Source of the DNA: Candidatus Heimdallarchaeota archaeon
GTDB lineage: Archaea; Asgardarchaeota; Heimdallarchaeia; Heimdallarchaeales; Heimdallarchaeaceae
DNA: 24,000 nt
Direction: 5' to 3'
NCBI GenBank assembly: GCA_030611665.1
Contig: JAUWPI010000018.1
Span: 1-24,000, forward strand
Shown piece after piece: positions 8,559 to 17,451 of the stretch. Numbering within the stretch: the first letter of the stretch is position 1; every line of letters starts with the position of its first letter. The notes beneath the pieces are model-generated. The model was given only the letters and a program-made list of their open reading frames with translations. It had not been told where the DNA came from and ran no database searches. Made by a program: the position numbers and the translations under genes.

Positions 8559-8816
8559 TCTATAAACTCCTTTAATGCAGCTATCTTTTCGGTATCTTCT
8601 TTTTATAACTTATTAAGGCTGTTATATATTTAGGACATTGTGTTTTTAAAAACTTATGATAGTTTCTGCAATATCTAGGAAACACATTCATTTTTTACCA
8701 TTTTGATTGTGGACATGACATTAGGAAGTTTTACATCACTATTTTTCAATAAGATTTAATTAAAGATGCCCGTATAGTTTACATACTAAGAACAATTACA
8801 ATCGTGTTGTTAAACA

Positions 8817-9494
8817 ATGTCAGAGAATAAGGCATCACAAGAAAAGATTAAAGTTCTTTCAAGATTGAGATATCACAAGGTTGGGTTAACCGAGAGAATG
8901 AAACAAGCATTTCTAAATGTTCCTCGCGAAGAATTTGTTCTTCAAAAACATAGAGAAAGCGCTTATGTTGATACTCCTCTACCTATTCTAGCGGGACAAA
9001 CTATTAGTGCTATTCATATGGTTATGATTTATGTTTCTCCTCTCTGCACTGATCCCCAAATTGGAGATAAGGTACTTGAAATAGGTGCTGGGAGTGGGTA
9101 TAATGCAGCTATGTTTGCAGAAATGGTTGCTCCAGAGGGCTGTGAAAATCCAGGACATGTTTATGCCATAGAGATTGTACCTAAACTTGTTGAGTTTGCA
9201 AAAGAAAACATCGATAGAACAGGTTATTCAGATAGAGTTACTATCCTTGGAGGTGATGGAGGGATTGGTCTTCCTGAAAATGCTCCTTATGAAATTGTTT
9301 CTATCGCAGCTGCAAGTAAAAAGATTCCTCCTCCTCTTCTTGAGCAAGTTGCCATTGGTGGAAAAATGGTTTTACCAGTTGGTAGAAGTTTCTATCAAGA
9401 GCTTATTCTAATAACAAAGGAAAAAGATGGAAGTTTCTCTGAAAAGAATCTCGGAGGAGTTGCTTTCGTCCCCCTCACAGGAAAATATGGGTAA
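8817..9494 (+). CDS. pcm: Protein-L-isoaspartate O-methyltransferase
   Basis: 225 aa; 'VPREEFV', 'AYVDTPLPI..GQTISAIHMV', 'VLEIGAGSGYNAAMFAEMV', 'YAIEIVPKLVEFAKENI', 'GDGGIGLPENAPYE'. Confidence 0.93.
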   Translation: MSENKASQEKIKVLSRLRYHKVGLTERMKQAFLNVPREEFVLQKHRESAYVDTPLPILAGQTISAIHMVMIYVSPLCTDPQIGDKVLEIGAGSGYNAAMFAEMVAPEGCENPGHVYAIEIVPKLVEFAKENIDRTGYSDRVTILGGDGGIGLPENAPYEIVSIAAASKKIPPPLLEQVAIGGKMVLPVGRSFYQELILITKEKDGSFSEKNLGGVAFVPLTGKYG

Positions 9495-9559
9495 TTTCAT
9501 TAATCGAAAACAAGTTTTTAAATCTTAAAATATAATTGTCATCGCTAGGTTGTTAACAT

Positions 9560-10597
9560 ATGGGTGTAAAAAAAATCAGTGATTTGTTCAAAGGAACTCC
9601 GGTTGAGCTAGAACAATTAAGACAAAAGAAACTAGCTGTTGATGCGTTAAATATTATTTATCAGTTCTTGGCTTCAATTAGAGGATATGATGGTAGCCTT
9701 CTTTCTGATTCAGAAGGTTTTGTAACAAGTCATTTAACAGGACTTCTCTATAGAAATGCTCGGCTCTTAGAAATGGGAATTCAACTTTCTTATGTATTTG
9801 ACGGTAAACCTTCCAAGCTAAAACGAGAAGAAATAAAGAGAAGAGCTGAAGTTAAGCGCAAAGCAAGAGAAGAGTTGGAGGAAGCTTTGGAAAGAGGAGA
9901 TATGGAACGGGCTAAAACTGTAGCACAACGAACTAGTGTTGTTACTTCATCAATGATTGACGATAGCAAGAAGCTGTTGAGACTAATGGGTATTCCTGTT
10001 ATCGAAGCTCCAACAGAAGGGGAAGCTCAAGCAGCATATTTAGTTCAGAAGAAGAAAGTTTGGGCTGTAGCTTCTCAAGATTATGATAGTTTACTATTTG
10101 GATCTCCCATACTTGTAAGAAATCTAACTCTCTCAGGAAGAAGGAAATTACCAAGATCAAATCGATATATTACTGTAAATGTAGAGGTTTATCACCAACA
10201 TGAATTGCTTCAAGCTTTGAAGCTGACCAAAGAACAGTTAGTTGATATGTCCATACTAATAGGAACCGATTTCAATCCAGATGGTGTGAAAGGAATAGGA
10301 CCAAAAACTGCCTATAAATTTATAACTAAACACGGAAGATTGGAAGATGTTATTTCTAATGAAGAATCAGTTGTTCTTGATGTAGATATTGATGCTATCC
10401 GTGATATTTTCTTAGATCCTGAAATTAACGAAGACTACACTCTTGATTTCAAACCAATTGATGTAGAGGGTGTTACTGAATTCCTGTGTGAAGAACGTAG
10501 TTTCAATAAAGACCGCGTAGTAGGCACTTTGAACAAAGCTAGAAAAGGGCAAGATTCTGCTCTTAAGCAGAAAAGTTTAGATGCTTTCTTTAGTTAA
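9560..10597 (+). CDS. fen: Flap endonuclease 1
   Basis: 345 aa; 'MGVKKISDLFKG', 'FDGKPSKLKREEIKRR', 'APTEGEAQAAYLVQKKKVWAVASQDYDSLLFG', 'LIGTDFNPDGVKGIGPKTA', C-terminal PIP-box 'QKSLDAFF'. Confidence 0.97.
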   Translation: MGVKKISDLFKGTPVELEQLRQKKLAVDALNIIYQFLASIRGYDGSLLSDSEGFVTSHLTGLLYRNARLLEMGIQLSYVFDGKPSKLKREEIKRRAEVKRKAREELEEALERGDMERAKTVAQRTSVVTSSMIDDSKKLLRLMGIPVIEAPTEGEAQAAYLVQKKKVWAVASQDYDSLLFGSPILVRNLTLSGRRKLPRSNRYITVNVEVYHQHELLQALKLTKEQLVDMSILIGTDFNPDGVKGIGPKTAYKFITKHGRLEDVISNEESVVLDVDIDAIRDIFLDPEINEDYTLDFKPIDVEGVTEFLCEERSFNKDRVVGTLNKARKGQDSALKQKSLDAFFS

Positions 10598-10605
10598 GGT
10601 TTTTA

Positions 10606-11853
10606 ATGTTCATTTCATTCAATTCTTTTATCAAACTAGGTTCAAATAGAAATTTGTCAAAAGCGGAGCTTTCTCAAATATTAGACTCCCTAAGGATTGA
10701 ACAAGTCAAATATCAAGATTGGAAAGATTATATTCTCTTGAATTTAGGGAAAAATGCTCAGAAGAAACTTGTAAAAAAGCTAGAACAAACAGGGAGCATA
10801 ATCAAATTTGGTAATATTGAGTTCAAAGTTGGGGTTTCTGAAAAAAAAGAATTGAATGATAACCTAGTGAAAATTATTGATGGAATATTCATAAAATATC
10901 TCCCTAAGCGACAAAGGCAATTGAAATTGTCATTAAACATTCGAACCAATGATGAAACTCAAAAGTCAGAATTAAGTAAAGAAATGAGGAAAATCATACG
11001 TAATATTTCTCAAGAAAAGCGCTTACCTGTAAAAGTTCTACCCACGAAAAAAGTGGCTTATGAGCTTACCCCATTTGATTACAATAAAGAGAATCTTCCA
11101 TCAAGAGGCATTGAACTTAATTTATTTGTTATAAAATCAAAAATCTATTTTGGTCCTACAAGATGGGTAACTAATCCGTTTAAGGACATTAAACAGGATG
11201 AAGAACGACCCGTGCGTTTCTTCACCCATGGAACATCAATCAAATTATCTCGTACATTAGTGACATTAGCTAATATCCCGTTTGATGGTATAATGCTAGA
11301 TCCTTTTTGTGGTACAGGAACAATACTTATTGAGGGTTTAAAGCAAGGATTGAAAGTTATTGGTGTTGATAAAGATCAAAAATGTGTCCGCTCTTCAAAA
11401 ACAAATCTACATCATTTTTCTGAGAAGCATCCAAGTCGTGAGAAAATGAAAGATAAGTGGAGAGTTCACTTACACGATTCGCGGAAATTAACAGATGCTG
11501 TCAAGAAAAGAGTTGATGGTGTTGTTACTGAACCATTTTTGGGCCCTTTTTTCAAACGCTTACCTCAAATTGAGGAAGCACAATTCATAATGAAAAACTT
11601 AGAACGACTCTATACTCGAGTTTTAGCAGAATGTAAGAGTTTACTTAAAGATGGTGCTAGAATATTATTTATCATGCCCGAGTACAATTATTCTCTAAAA
11701 AGATCTGTTTACCCTAACATCAAATCAATTTGTGAAAAAGTTGGTTTGATATCTCTAGAGGAAAGCAAATTTTTCAATATAAAATTCCCCGTTGAAATAG
11801 GTAGAAAACATAATGTAATCGCAAGAAAATTATTTATTTTTAAAAGCAAATAA
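10606..11853 (+). CDS. THUMP/Trm-G10-like (Trm11-like) RNA methyltransferase
   Basis: 415 aa; 'DPFCGTGTILIEGLKQGLKVIGVDKDQKCVRSSKTNL' SAM-binding core and 'VVTEPFLGPFFKR' at the position of the usual (D/N)PPY motif; N-terminal region compatible with a divergent THUMP-type module. Confidence 0.7.
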   Translation: MFISFNSFIKLGSNRNLSKAELSQILDSLRIEQVKYQDWKDYILLNLGKNAQKKLVKKLEQTGSIIKFGNIEFKVGVSEKKELNDNLVKIIDGIFIKYLPKRQRQLKLSLNIRTNDETQKSELSKEMRKIIRNISQEKRLPVKVLPTKKVAYELTPFDYNKENLPSRGIELNLFVIKSKIYFGPTRWVTNPFKDIKQDEERPVRFFTHGTSIKLSRTLVTLANIPFDGIMLDPFCGTGTILIEGLKQGLKVIGVDKDQKCVRSSKTNLHHFSEKHPSREKMKDKWRVHLHDSRKLTDAVKKRVDGVVTEPFLGPFFKRLPQIEEAQFIMKNLERLYTRVLAECKSLLKDGARILFIMPEYNYSLKRSVYPNIKSICEKVGLISLEESKFFNIKFPVEIGRKHNVIARKLFIFKSK

Positions 11854-11881
11854 AATAGGAAGAAGAAGTAAAAAGGTTGAA

Positions 11882-12820
11882 TTAAAACCTTAGTGTTATC
11901 TTAAGCGCCCCTTCCTTACAAGCGTCTATACATTCACCACAATTTGTACAAGCCTTATCTGTTATATTCTTGTCGTACGACAGTATTGATACTTGTACTG
12001 GACATGCTTTCTCACAATCATTACAACCACTTGTACATCTGTTTTTGTTTATTTTCAATCCCAGAATGCTGAATTTACTAAAGAACCCAAGTATAATTCC
12101 TGTTGGACAGAACCATCTGCAGTAGGCTCTTGGATACAAAGTTATCAAAACTAAAACAAATAGTAGTATAGCTAATCGTAAGAAGAATAAGAACTCCCAT
12201 TGACCTATCTCTGCACCAACAGATTCACCTTGAATTCCCCATTTAAGATAATAATAGAGCGTTGCGAAAATAGTTGATACAGGGTCAATAGTACTGAATG
12301 GCATATCTCTTCCTGCTCCCCAAGCAGTTTTTGTGTGAGGATCTGAGTTAGCCCATGAAGCACCGATAATAACTGACATTAATATTATGAAAACAACTAA
12401 TACTAATCCTACTTTTCCTAAGCTTTTGTTTGTAGGTCTTGAAACCTTTTTCTTTTTAATCGGGATATAACTGAACATATCTTGTGTTGCACCAAAGGGG
12501 CATATCCATCCGCATGTGGTTTTTCCGAAAATAGTACCCACAAGAATGAAGATTGAAATTGCAAGATAAGGGAACATTCCAAATGTTACTGCATATTGTA
12601 GAGCTTCAAACGCATTCCATACAGTTGAAAAAGGTCCTCCAGTAGGATATTCGATGGGTAATATCACTGCCATTCGACCTAAACCAAAAACTGCACCATT
12701 TATCAGTCCAAAACTTATAACTTGGACTAAAATCCTTGTTATTCGTATCCGGTGCTCGCTTATTGGACGAAGAGCTAATGAAATTTTATTCTTTTTTTGT
12801 TTTGTTGCCATAGTCATCAC
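11882..12820 (-). CDS. NapH/MauN-type membrane-bound polyferredoxin
   Basis: 312 aa; several TM helices, 'CGWICPFGATQD' and 'CRWFCPTGI' loops, then two C-terminal Cys clusters 'CTSGCNDCEKACP' and 'CTNCGECIDAC'. Confidence 0.85.
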   Translation of the reverse strand: MMTMATKQKKNKISLALRPISEHRIRITRILVQVISFGLINGAVFGLGRMAVILPIEYPTGGPFSTVWNAFEALQYAVTFGMFPYLAISIFILVGTIFGKTTCGWICPFGATQDMFSYIPIKKKKVSRPTNKSLGKVGLVLVVFIILMSVIIGASWANSDPHTKTAWGAGRDMPFSTIDPVSTIFATLYYYLKWGIQGESVGAEIGQWEFLFFLRLAILLFVLVLITLYPRAYCRWFCPTGIILGFFSKFSILGLKINKNRCTSGCNDCEKACPVQVSILSYDKNITDKACTNCGECIDACKEGALKITLRF

Positions 12821-12829
12821 TTCAATAAA

Positions 12830-13033
12830 TTAAGTAAATGGTGGTGGTCTTGGAAAACCTGTAGTGTAAGTATCTAGAAAGTCTATAATATTAGCTTCAG
12901 TAAATGTTTTAATAGCTGCATAGTGGTCTATCTGGTTTTGTACGATAGCGGTTAATAAGAAAATTAATCCAATAGACAAAAAGAATATCACGTATATCCT
13001 GCTTCGAGTGTTCATGATAACTGATGACATCAA
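12830..13033 (-). CDS. Small membrane protein in operon with NapH-like protein
   Basis: 67 aa with one clear TM 'IYVIFFLSIGLIFLLTAIV', 9 nt upstream of the NapH-like ORF on the same strand. Confidence 0.5.
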   Translation of the reverse strand: MMSSVIMNTRSRIYVIFFLSIGLIFLLTAIVQNQIDHYAAIKTFTEANIIDFLDTYTTGFPRPPPFT

Positions 13034-13121
13034 AAAAATTACGTATTAAAAACTTTGCTTTGAATATATCTTTAACTCACAAACATCTTGTCTTGGTCAA
13101 TAAAATCATCTTATTAATGAA

Positions 13122-13448
13122 ATGAGCATAATGCTTCTATCTATCAAAACTCATTTAAAGTTCAAATCTTCTATGTCCATTATGAGTTCAGACAAAATGT
13201 GGAAAGTCACACCTTTGAAATCTTGTATATTGACGATTTTAGAAAAAAGGGGTGGAGTACTATTAGAAGGTGATTTGGAAAATCCCCTCAGAGAGATGTA
13301 CGGCGATTTCAGTGACTCTGAGCTAAATAAGGCACTGATGACTCTTGAAAATCAGGGTTTGATTCACGTTAGCTGGATCTCAAAAACTCGTAGAAGAATA
13401 CACAAGATGACAAAGGATATGGACTTTTTAGCTGTTGGAGAAGATTAA
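13122..13448 (+). CDS. Small winged-helix-like protein
   Basis: 108 aa; 'LKSCILTILEKRGGVLLEGDLENPLREMYGDFSDSELNKALMTLENQGLIHV' resembles a winged helix; true start is probably one of the internal Met codons (MSSDKMW). Confidence 0.5.
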   Translation: MSIMLLSIKTHLKFKSSMSIMSSDKMWKVTPLKSCILTILEKRGGVLLEGDLENPLREMYGDFSDSELNKALMTLENQGLIHVSWISKTRRRIHKMTKDMDFLAVGED

Positions 13449-13617
13449 GAATAGGAAAATCATAATTGTTTTGAATTGTCAAAATCACTTCATAGGTATT
13501 AAATACCCAAATCTCCAAATTATCTATGTGAAATGGGGAATAAAACAAACATTATAAAGTCCAAAGTTTAAGAAAAAACAAGCGTAAAAAATGGTCAAGA
13601 TTGTCTGAGGAGTTAAA

Positions 13618-15804
13618 ATGGCCGATAAAGAAATTACATTAAGAGTTGCTGAAGCAAAGCAACGAGACGTTGGAAGAGGCAAAGTACGTTTAGATAGTAT
13701 GGCAATGTCAAAAATTAGTGTTTCAACAGGTGACATTGTTGAAATTGTTGGTAAACGTTCTACTACTGCAGTAGCTTGGCCTTCCTACCCTGAAGATTTG
13801 AAAAAAGAAATAGTCCGCTGTGATGGTGTAATTAGGAGGAATGCAGGAGTTTCGTTAGGAGATAAAGTTGTTGTCAAAAAAGCAAAGGTAAGTGTTGCTA
13901 GACAAGTTACTTTAGCTCCTGAACAAATGTCAGTAAATATTGATTTTAGTTTCGAAAATTTTGTGAAAAGAAAGCTCCTTGGTCAACCACTTTCAAGAAA
14001 AGATACAGTCTTAATACCAATTCTTGGTAGAGCAATTCCTTTCAATGTTGTTACTACAGTCCCTTCTGGAATTGTAGTTGTTACTGAAAGCACACAACTC
14101 AAAGTAGCTGAAAAACCATTACTTGAAGGAGAAAAAACTGCTCCTAGCATTTCTTATGAAGATATTGGGGGCTTACACCAAGAAATCCTTAAGATTCGAG
14201 AAATGGTTGAACTCCCACTTAAGTTCCCACAGCTTTTTGAAAAACTAGGTATTGATCCACCAAAAGGTGTTTTACTTCATGGTCCTCCTGGCTGTGGAAA
14301 AACCTTAGTAGCTCGAGCCGTCGCAAATGAATCAGAGGCTCATTTCATTGTTATTAATGGTCCTGAAATTATGTCAAAGTTTTATGGAGAATCGGAACAA
14401 CGTTTACGAAGTATTTTCAAAGATGCTGAAGACAATTCTCCAAGCATTGTGTTCATTGATGAATTAGATGCAATAGCACCAAAACGTGAAGACGTAACAG
14501 GTGAGGTTGAAAGAAGAGTAGTTGCGCAATTATTAGCATTAATGGATGGGTTAATAGCTCGTGGTCAAGTCATTGTTATTGGCGCAACTAATCGTCCTAA
14601 CGCGGTTGATCCTGCTCTTCGTCGTCCAGGACGTTTTGATCGAGAAATCGAAATACATGTTCCAGATAGAGATAGTAGAGAAGAGATTCTTCTCATCCAT
14701 ACGCGTGGAATGCCTTTAACTCAAGATGTTGATTTGAAAGCATTAGCAAATGTTACCCACGGTTATGTTGGTGCAGATTTGGAAGCTCTAGCTCGTGAGG
14801 CTGCAATGAAAACTCTAAGAAGGGTTTTACCTTCTGTTAATCTTGTTGAAGGAAGTATATCTTCTGAAGTTCTAGACCAACTTGAAGTAACACATGATGA
14901 CTTTTTGTCCGGTTTTAAGGAAATTACTCCAACAGCAATAAGAGAAGTTTATATAGAATCGCCCAACGTCCCATGGACTGATGTTGGTGGTCTTGCTCAG
15001 GCAATTACTGATATTCGAGAAGCTATAGAATGGCCTCTTACACAAAAGGATTCTTTCAAAAGAATTGGTATCAAACCTCCAAGAGGGATATTGCTTTATG
15101 GACCTCCAGGTTGTGGAAAGACTCTTCTCGCAAAAGCCGTTGCTACAGAATCTGAAGCTAATTTCATCTCTATTAAAGGTCCTGAAGTGCTTTCAAAATG
15201 GGTGGGCGAAAGTGAGAAAGCTATTCGTGAAGTTTTCCGCAAAGCTCGACTTGCAGCACCTTCAATAATTTTCTTCGATGAAATTGATTCTTTAATTCCT
15301 GTGAGAGGAACGTCTTCGGATAGTAATGTTACAGAGAGGGTTATCAGTCAGTTATTAACAGAATTAGATGGATTGGAAGAGCTAAAGGATATAGTCGTTC
15401 TTGGAGCTACAAATAGACCCGATATAGTAGATCCAGCAGTTTTAAGACCTGGTAGATTTGACAGATTGATTTTTGTAAACCCTCCTAACCAAAAAGGTAG
15501 ATTGCAAATTTTCAAGGTTTATACTCGTGATATGCCACTCGCATCTTCCGTTTCAATAAAAGAATTAGCATCAGTAACCGATGGTTTTGTTGGTAGTGAT
15601 ATTGAAGCATTATGCAGAGAAGCTGGTATGCTAGCCCTTCGAGAAAGTTTTGAAATTGAAACTGTAACTATGACCCATTTCAATAATGCTCTTGAAAAAA
15701 TACATCCCACTGTTACACCTGATGTTATTAAATACTACGAAAAAATCAGCGAAAAGTTCAAGCGTCCAAGTCAAATTACAAGTCCAAAGATTGGTTACAC
15801 TTAA
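13618..15804 (+). CDS. cdc48: CDC48/VAT family AAA+ ATPase
   Basis: 728 aa; Cdc48 N-domain '[19 protein letters not shown]', two AAA modules each with 'GPPGCGKT', '[12 protein letters not shown]' and 'FFDEIDSL', and 'GATNRP(D/N)..DPA(L/V)(R/L)RPGRFDR'. Confidence 0.98.
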   Translation: MADKEITLRVAEAKQRDVGRGKVRLDSMAMSKISVSTGDIVEIVGKRSTTAVAWPSYPEDLKKEIVRCDGVIRRNAGVSLGDKVVVKKAKVSVARQVTLAPEQMSVNIDFSFENFVKRKLLGQPLSRKDTVLIPILGRAIPFNVVTTVPSGIVVVTESTQLKVAEKPLLEGEKTAPSISYEDIGGLHQEILKIREMVELPLKFPQLFEKLGIDPPKGVLLHGPPGCGKTLVARAVANESEAHFIVINGPEIMSKFYGESEQRLRSIFKDAEDNSPSIVFIDELDAIAPKREDVTGEVERRVVAQLLALMDGLIARGQVIVIGATNRPNAVDPALRRPGRFDREIEIHVPDRDSREEILLIHTRGMPLTQDVDLKALANVTHGYVGADLEALAREAAMKTLRRVLPSVNLVEGSISSEVLDQLEVTHDDFLSGFKEITPTAIREVYIESPNVPWTDVGGLAQAITDIREAIEWPLTQKDSFKRIGIKPPRGILLYGPPGCGKTLLAKAVATESEANFISIKGPEVLSKWVGESEKAIREVFRKARLAAPSIIFFDEIDSLIPVRGTSSDSNVTERVISQLLTELDGLEELKDIVVLGATNRPDIVDPAVLRPGRFDRLIFVNPPNQKGRLQIFKVYTRDMPLASSVSIKELASVTDGFVGSDIEALCREAGMLALRESFEIETVTMTHFNNALEKIHPTVTPDVIKYYEKISEKFKRPSQITSPKIGYT

Positions 15805-15917
15805 GTAGCACTTTCTACTTTTCTTTTCTTTTATGTTATAGCAAATTCCTTTATCATCTTGATATGATACTTAAAATAGATTTTTAAGCGCATTGAGGTA
15901 ATTATAATATTGTAGGG

Positions 15918-16781
15918 TTGTACAAATATATGATTGGATTCTACATAGTAAACAAGGATGAAATGGAAGTACTTTTTTGTCGTCCCCTTGCGATTCAAAA
16001 AGAGGATCAAGAGGTAGACGAGATAGTTAGATTTTTACTTCAATTTTACTCTGAAGCCGAAAAAAACCCCAACTTAGACGAACTTCAAGTTATGAAGTTT
16101 GGTAACACAAAAATTCTGTTTAAGTGTAAATACTCATTCTTATTTGTCTTACTTAGCCCTCCAAATTATTCAACGGAAATGATTTCTTCTCAATTGTTTT
16201 TCTTCATGAAACTTTTTTTAAATGCATTCGAAGTTAAAGACGAAAATAGTTCAACTGAATTCCTGAAAGAGTTAGAAGGGATTAAAAGACGTGAATTATC
16301 AGAATCACTTTCTCACTCCTTTTTGTTGTGGAATGTTTTGGATCTTCATATTGAGGATATTGATAAAAGGAATCTGGTAGAGGTGTTTGAAAACATCTTA
16401 AACTCTATCTGGATTGGGATAAAGAGCTATATAGAGGAAAGAAACACTATGAAAATTGAAGATTTTTATGAAAAGTTCAGTGAAAATTTACAAGCTTATT
16501 TAGAAGAAAATTATTCTTATCTAAAGGAAGTTTATTCTCTGACGCTTGAAGAAGGATTTGATATCAGTGATGTTGATACAAAGAAAATTACAACAAGCGA
16601 GATTAAGAGAGAATTTATTCACTTTCTTAAGTATATGCTAGATTGTTTACAAAAGGAGATGGGAGAAGAAGGATTTAGATACATAATTGCTCAGAGAGTA
16701 CCTGTAGCAATTAAAGTAGAATGGCAAAGGTTGGATGGATTAGGTTTGATTCAAGATATACTAGATGTGGTGTGGAGGTAA
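15918..16781 (+). CDS. Unknown protein with N-terminal longin-like domain, coupled to GTPase
   Basis: 287 aa; 'YKYMIGFYIVNKDEMEVLFCRP' - helix - 'ELQVMKFGNTKILFKCKYSFLFVLLSP' - helix follows a longin/roadblock-like beta-beta-alpha-beta-beta-beta-alpha pattern; C-terminal part mostly helical. Ends 4 nt before the GTPase ATG. Confidence 0.55.
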   Translation: MYKYMIGFYIVNKDEMEVLFCRPLAIQKEDQEVDEIVRFLLQFYSEAEKNPNLDELQVMKFGNTKILFKCKYSFLFVLLSPPNYSTEMISSQLFFFMKLFLNAFEVKDENSSTEFLKELEGIKRRELSESLSHSFLLWNVLDLHIEDIDKRNLVEVFENILNSIWIGIKSYIEERNTMKIEDFYEKFSENLQAYLEENYSYLKEVYSLTLEEGFDISDVDTKKITTSEIKREFIHFLKYMLDCLQKEMGEEGFRYIIAQRVPVAIKVEWQRLDGLGLIQDILDVVWR

Positions 16782-16785
16782 AAAG

Positions 16786-17373
16786 ATGAATCAGTTACAA
16801 AAAATAATATGTGTTGGCTCAGCATTTGTTGGAAAAACTTCGTTAGCAAGAAGGTTTACACTAAATACCTTTATTCACAGCTACATTCCAACATTAGGTG
16901 TAAGTTGGTTAACAAAAACATTAACCTTTACGCCAGAGCAATTGAATGAGAATATGTTAAAGAAAATATACACAGACCCTGAAACTATCAGGCTATCTTG
17001 TTGGGATACGGGAGGGCAGGAAATGTTCACTTACCTTCGTCCAAAATACTATGTAGGTGCTACATGTGCGATTATAGTTTTTGATATTACTAATCAAAAC
17101 TCATTTGACGATGTGGATATTTGGACAAATGAAGTTCTTTCAAGAGTACCTGATATCCCTATTATTCTCAGTGGAAATAAATATGATTTAAAAGATGCTA
17201 GAGCAGTATCCCGTGATGATGCAATAGCTTTTGCTAAACTTCATCGATTTGATTATGTTGAAACATCTGCACTTTCAGCACATAACGTTGATAAACTATT
17301 TTATCATGCTGGACGATTGGGAAAGCAATTTAGCGAAGAACATCTTAAATTTAGAACAGAGTACATACTATAA
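16786..17373 (+). CDS. Rab/Ras-like small GTPase
   Basis: ATG at 16786 preceded by GGAGGT (16774-16779), so this start is preferred over the 16765 start in the track. G1 'GSAFVGKTS', switch I Thr in 'IPTLGVSW', G3 'WDTGGQE', G4 'GNKYDLKD', G5 'ETSAL'. Confidence 0.93.
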   Translation: MNQLQKIICVGSAFVGKTSLARRFTLNTFIHSYIPTLGVSWLTKTLTFTPEQLNENMLKKIYTDPETIRLSCWDTGGQEMFTYLRPKYYVGATCAIIVFDITNQNSFDDVDIWTNEVLSRVPDIPIILSGNKYDLKDARAVSRDDAIAFAKLHRFDYVETSALSAHNVDKLFYHAGRLGKQFSEEHLKFRTEYIL

Positions 17374-17387
17374 TAAAAACACCCTCC

Positions 17388-17395
17388 TTTTTTTT
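17388..17395 (+). terminator. Poly-T tract, candidate archaeal terminator after the GTPase gene
   Basis: Run of 8 T within ACCCTCCTTTTTTTTCTACTTTC about 15 nt after the GTPase stop. Confidence 0.4.
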
Positions 17396-17451
17396 CTACT
17401 TTCTTTTAATGAATAAAAATCTTTTATAATCATAAAAACTTGTATTAGCTT

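Noticed and set aside
7730-8565. + strand ORFs 7730..8038, 8063..8341 and 8383..8565
   Set aside because: Antisense to the MglA-like GTPase and Roadblock genes.
8559-8612. Minus-strand peptide KEDTEKIAALKEFIE whose TGA overlaps the Roadblock ATG
   Set aside because: Looks coding-like and coupled, but an in-frame TAA lies 15 codons upstream with no start codon; too short to support as a gene.
9175-9411. 78 aa + strand ORF inside pcm
   Set aside because: Overlaps pcm in an alternative frame; pcm frame has clear family motifs.
10758-10949. 63 aa - strand ORF
   Set aside because: Antisense to the methyltransferase gene.
13524-13736. 70 aa - strand ORF overlapping the cdc48 start
   Set aside because: Overlaps the well-supported CDC48 N-domain; no motif.
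15065-15710. ORFs 15065..15268 (+) and 15519..15710 (-)
   Set aside because: Alternative-frame and antisense ORFs within the CDC48 D2 domain.
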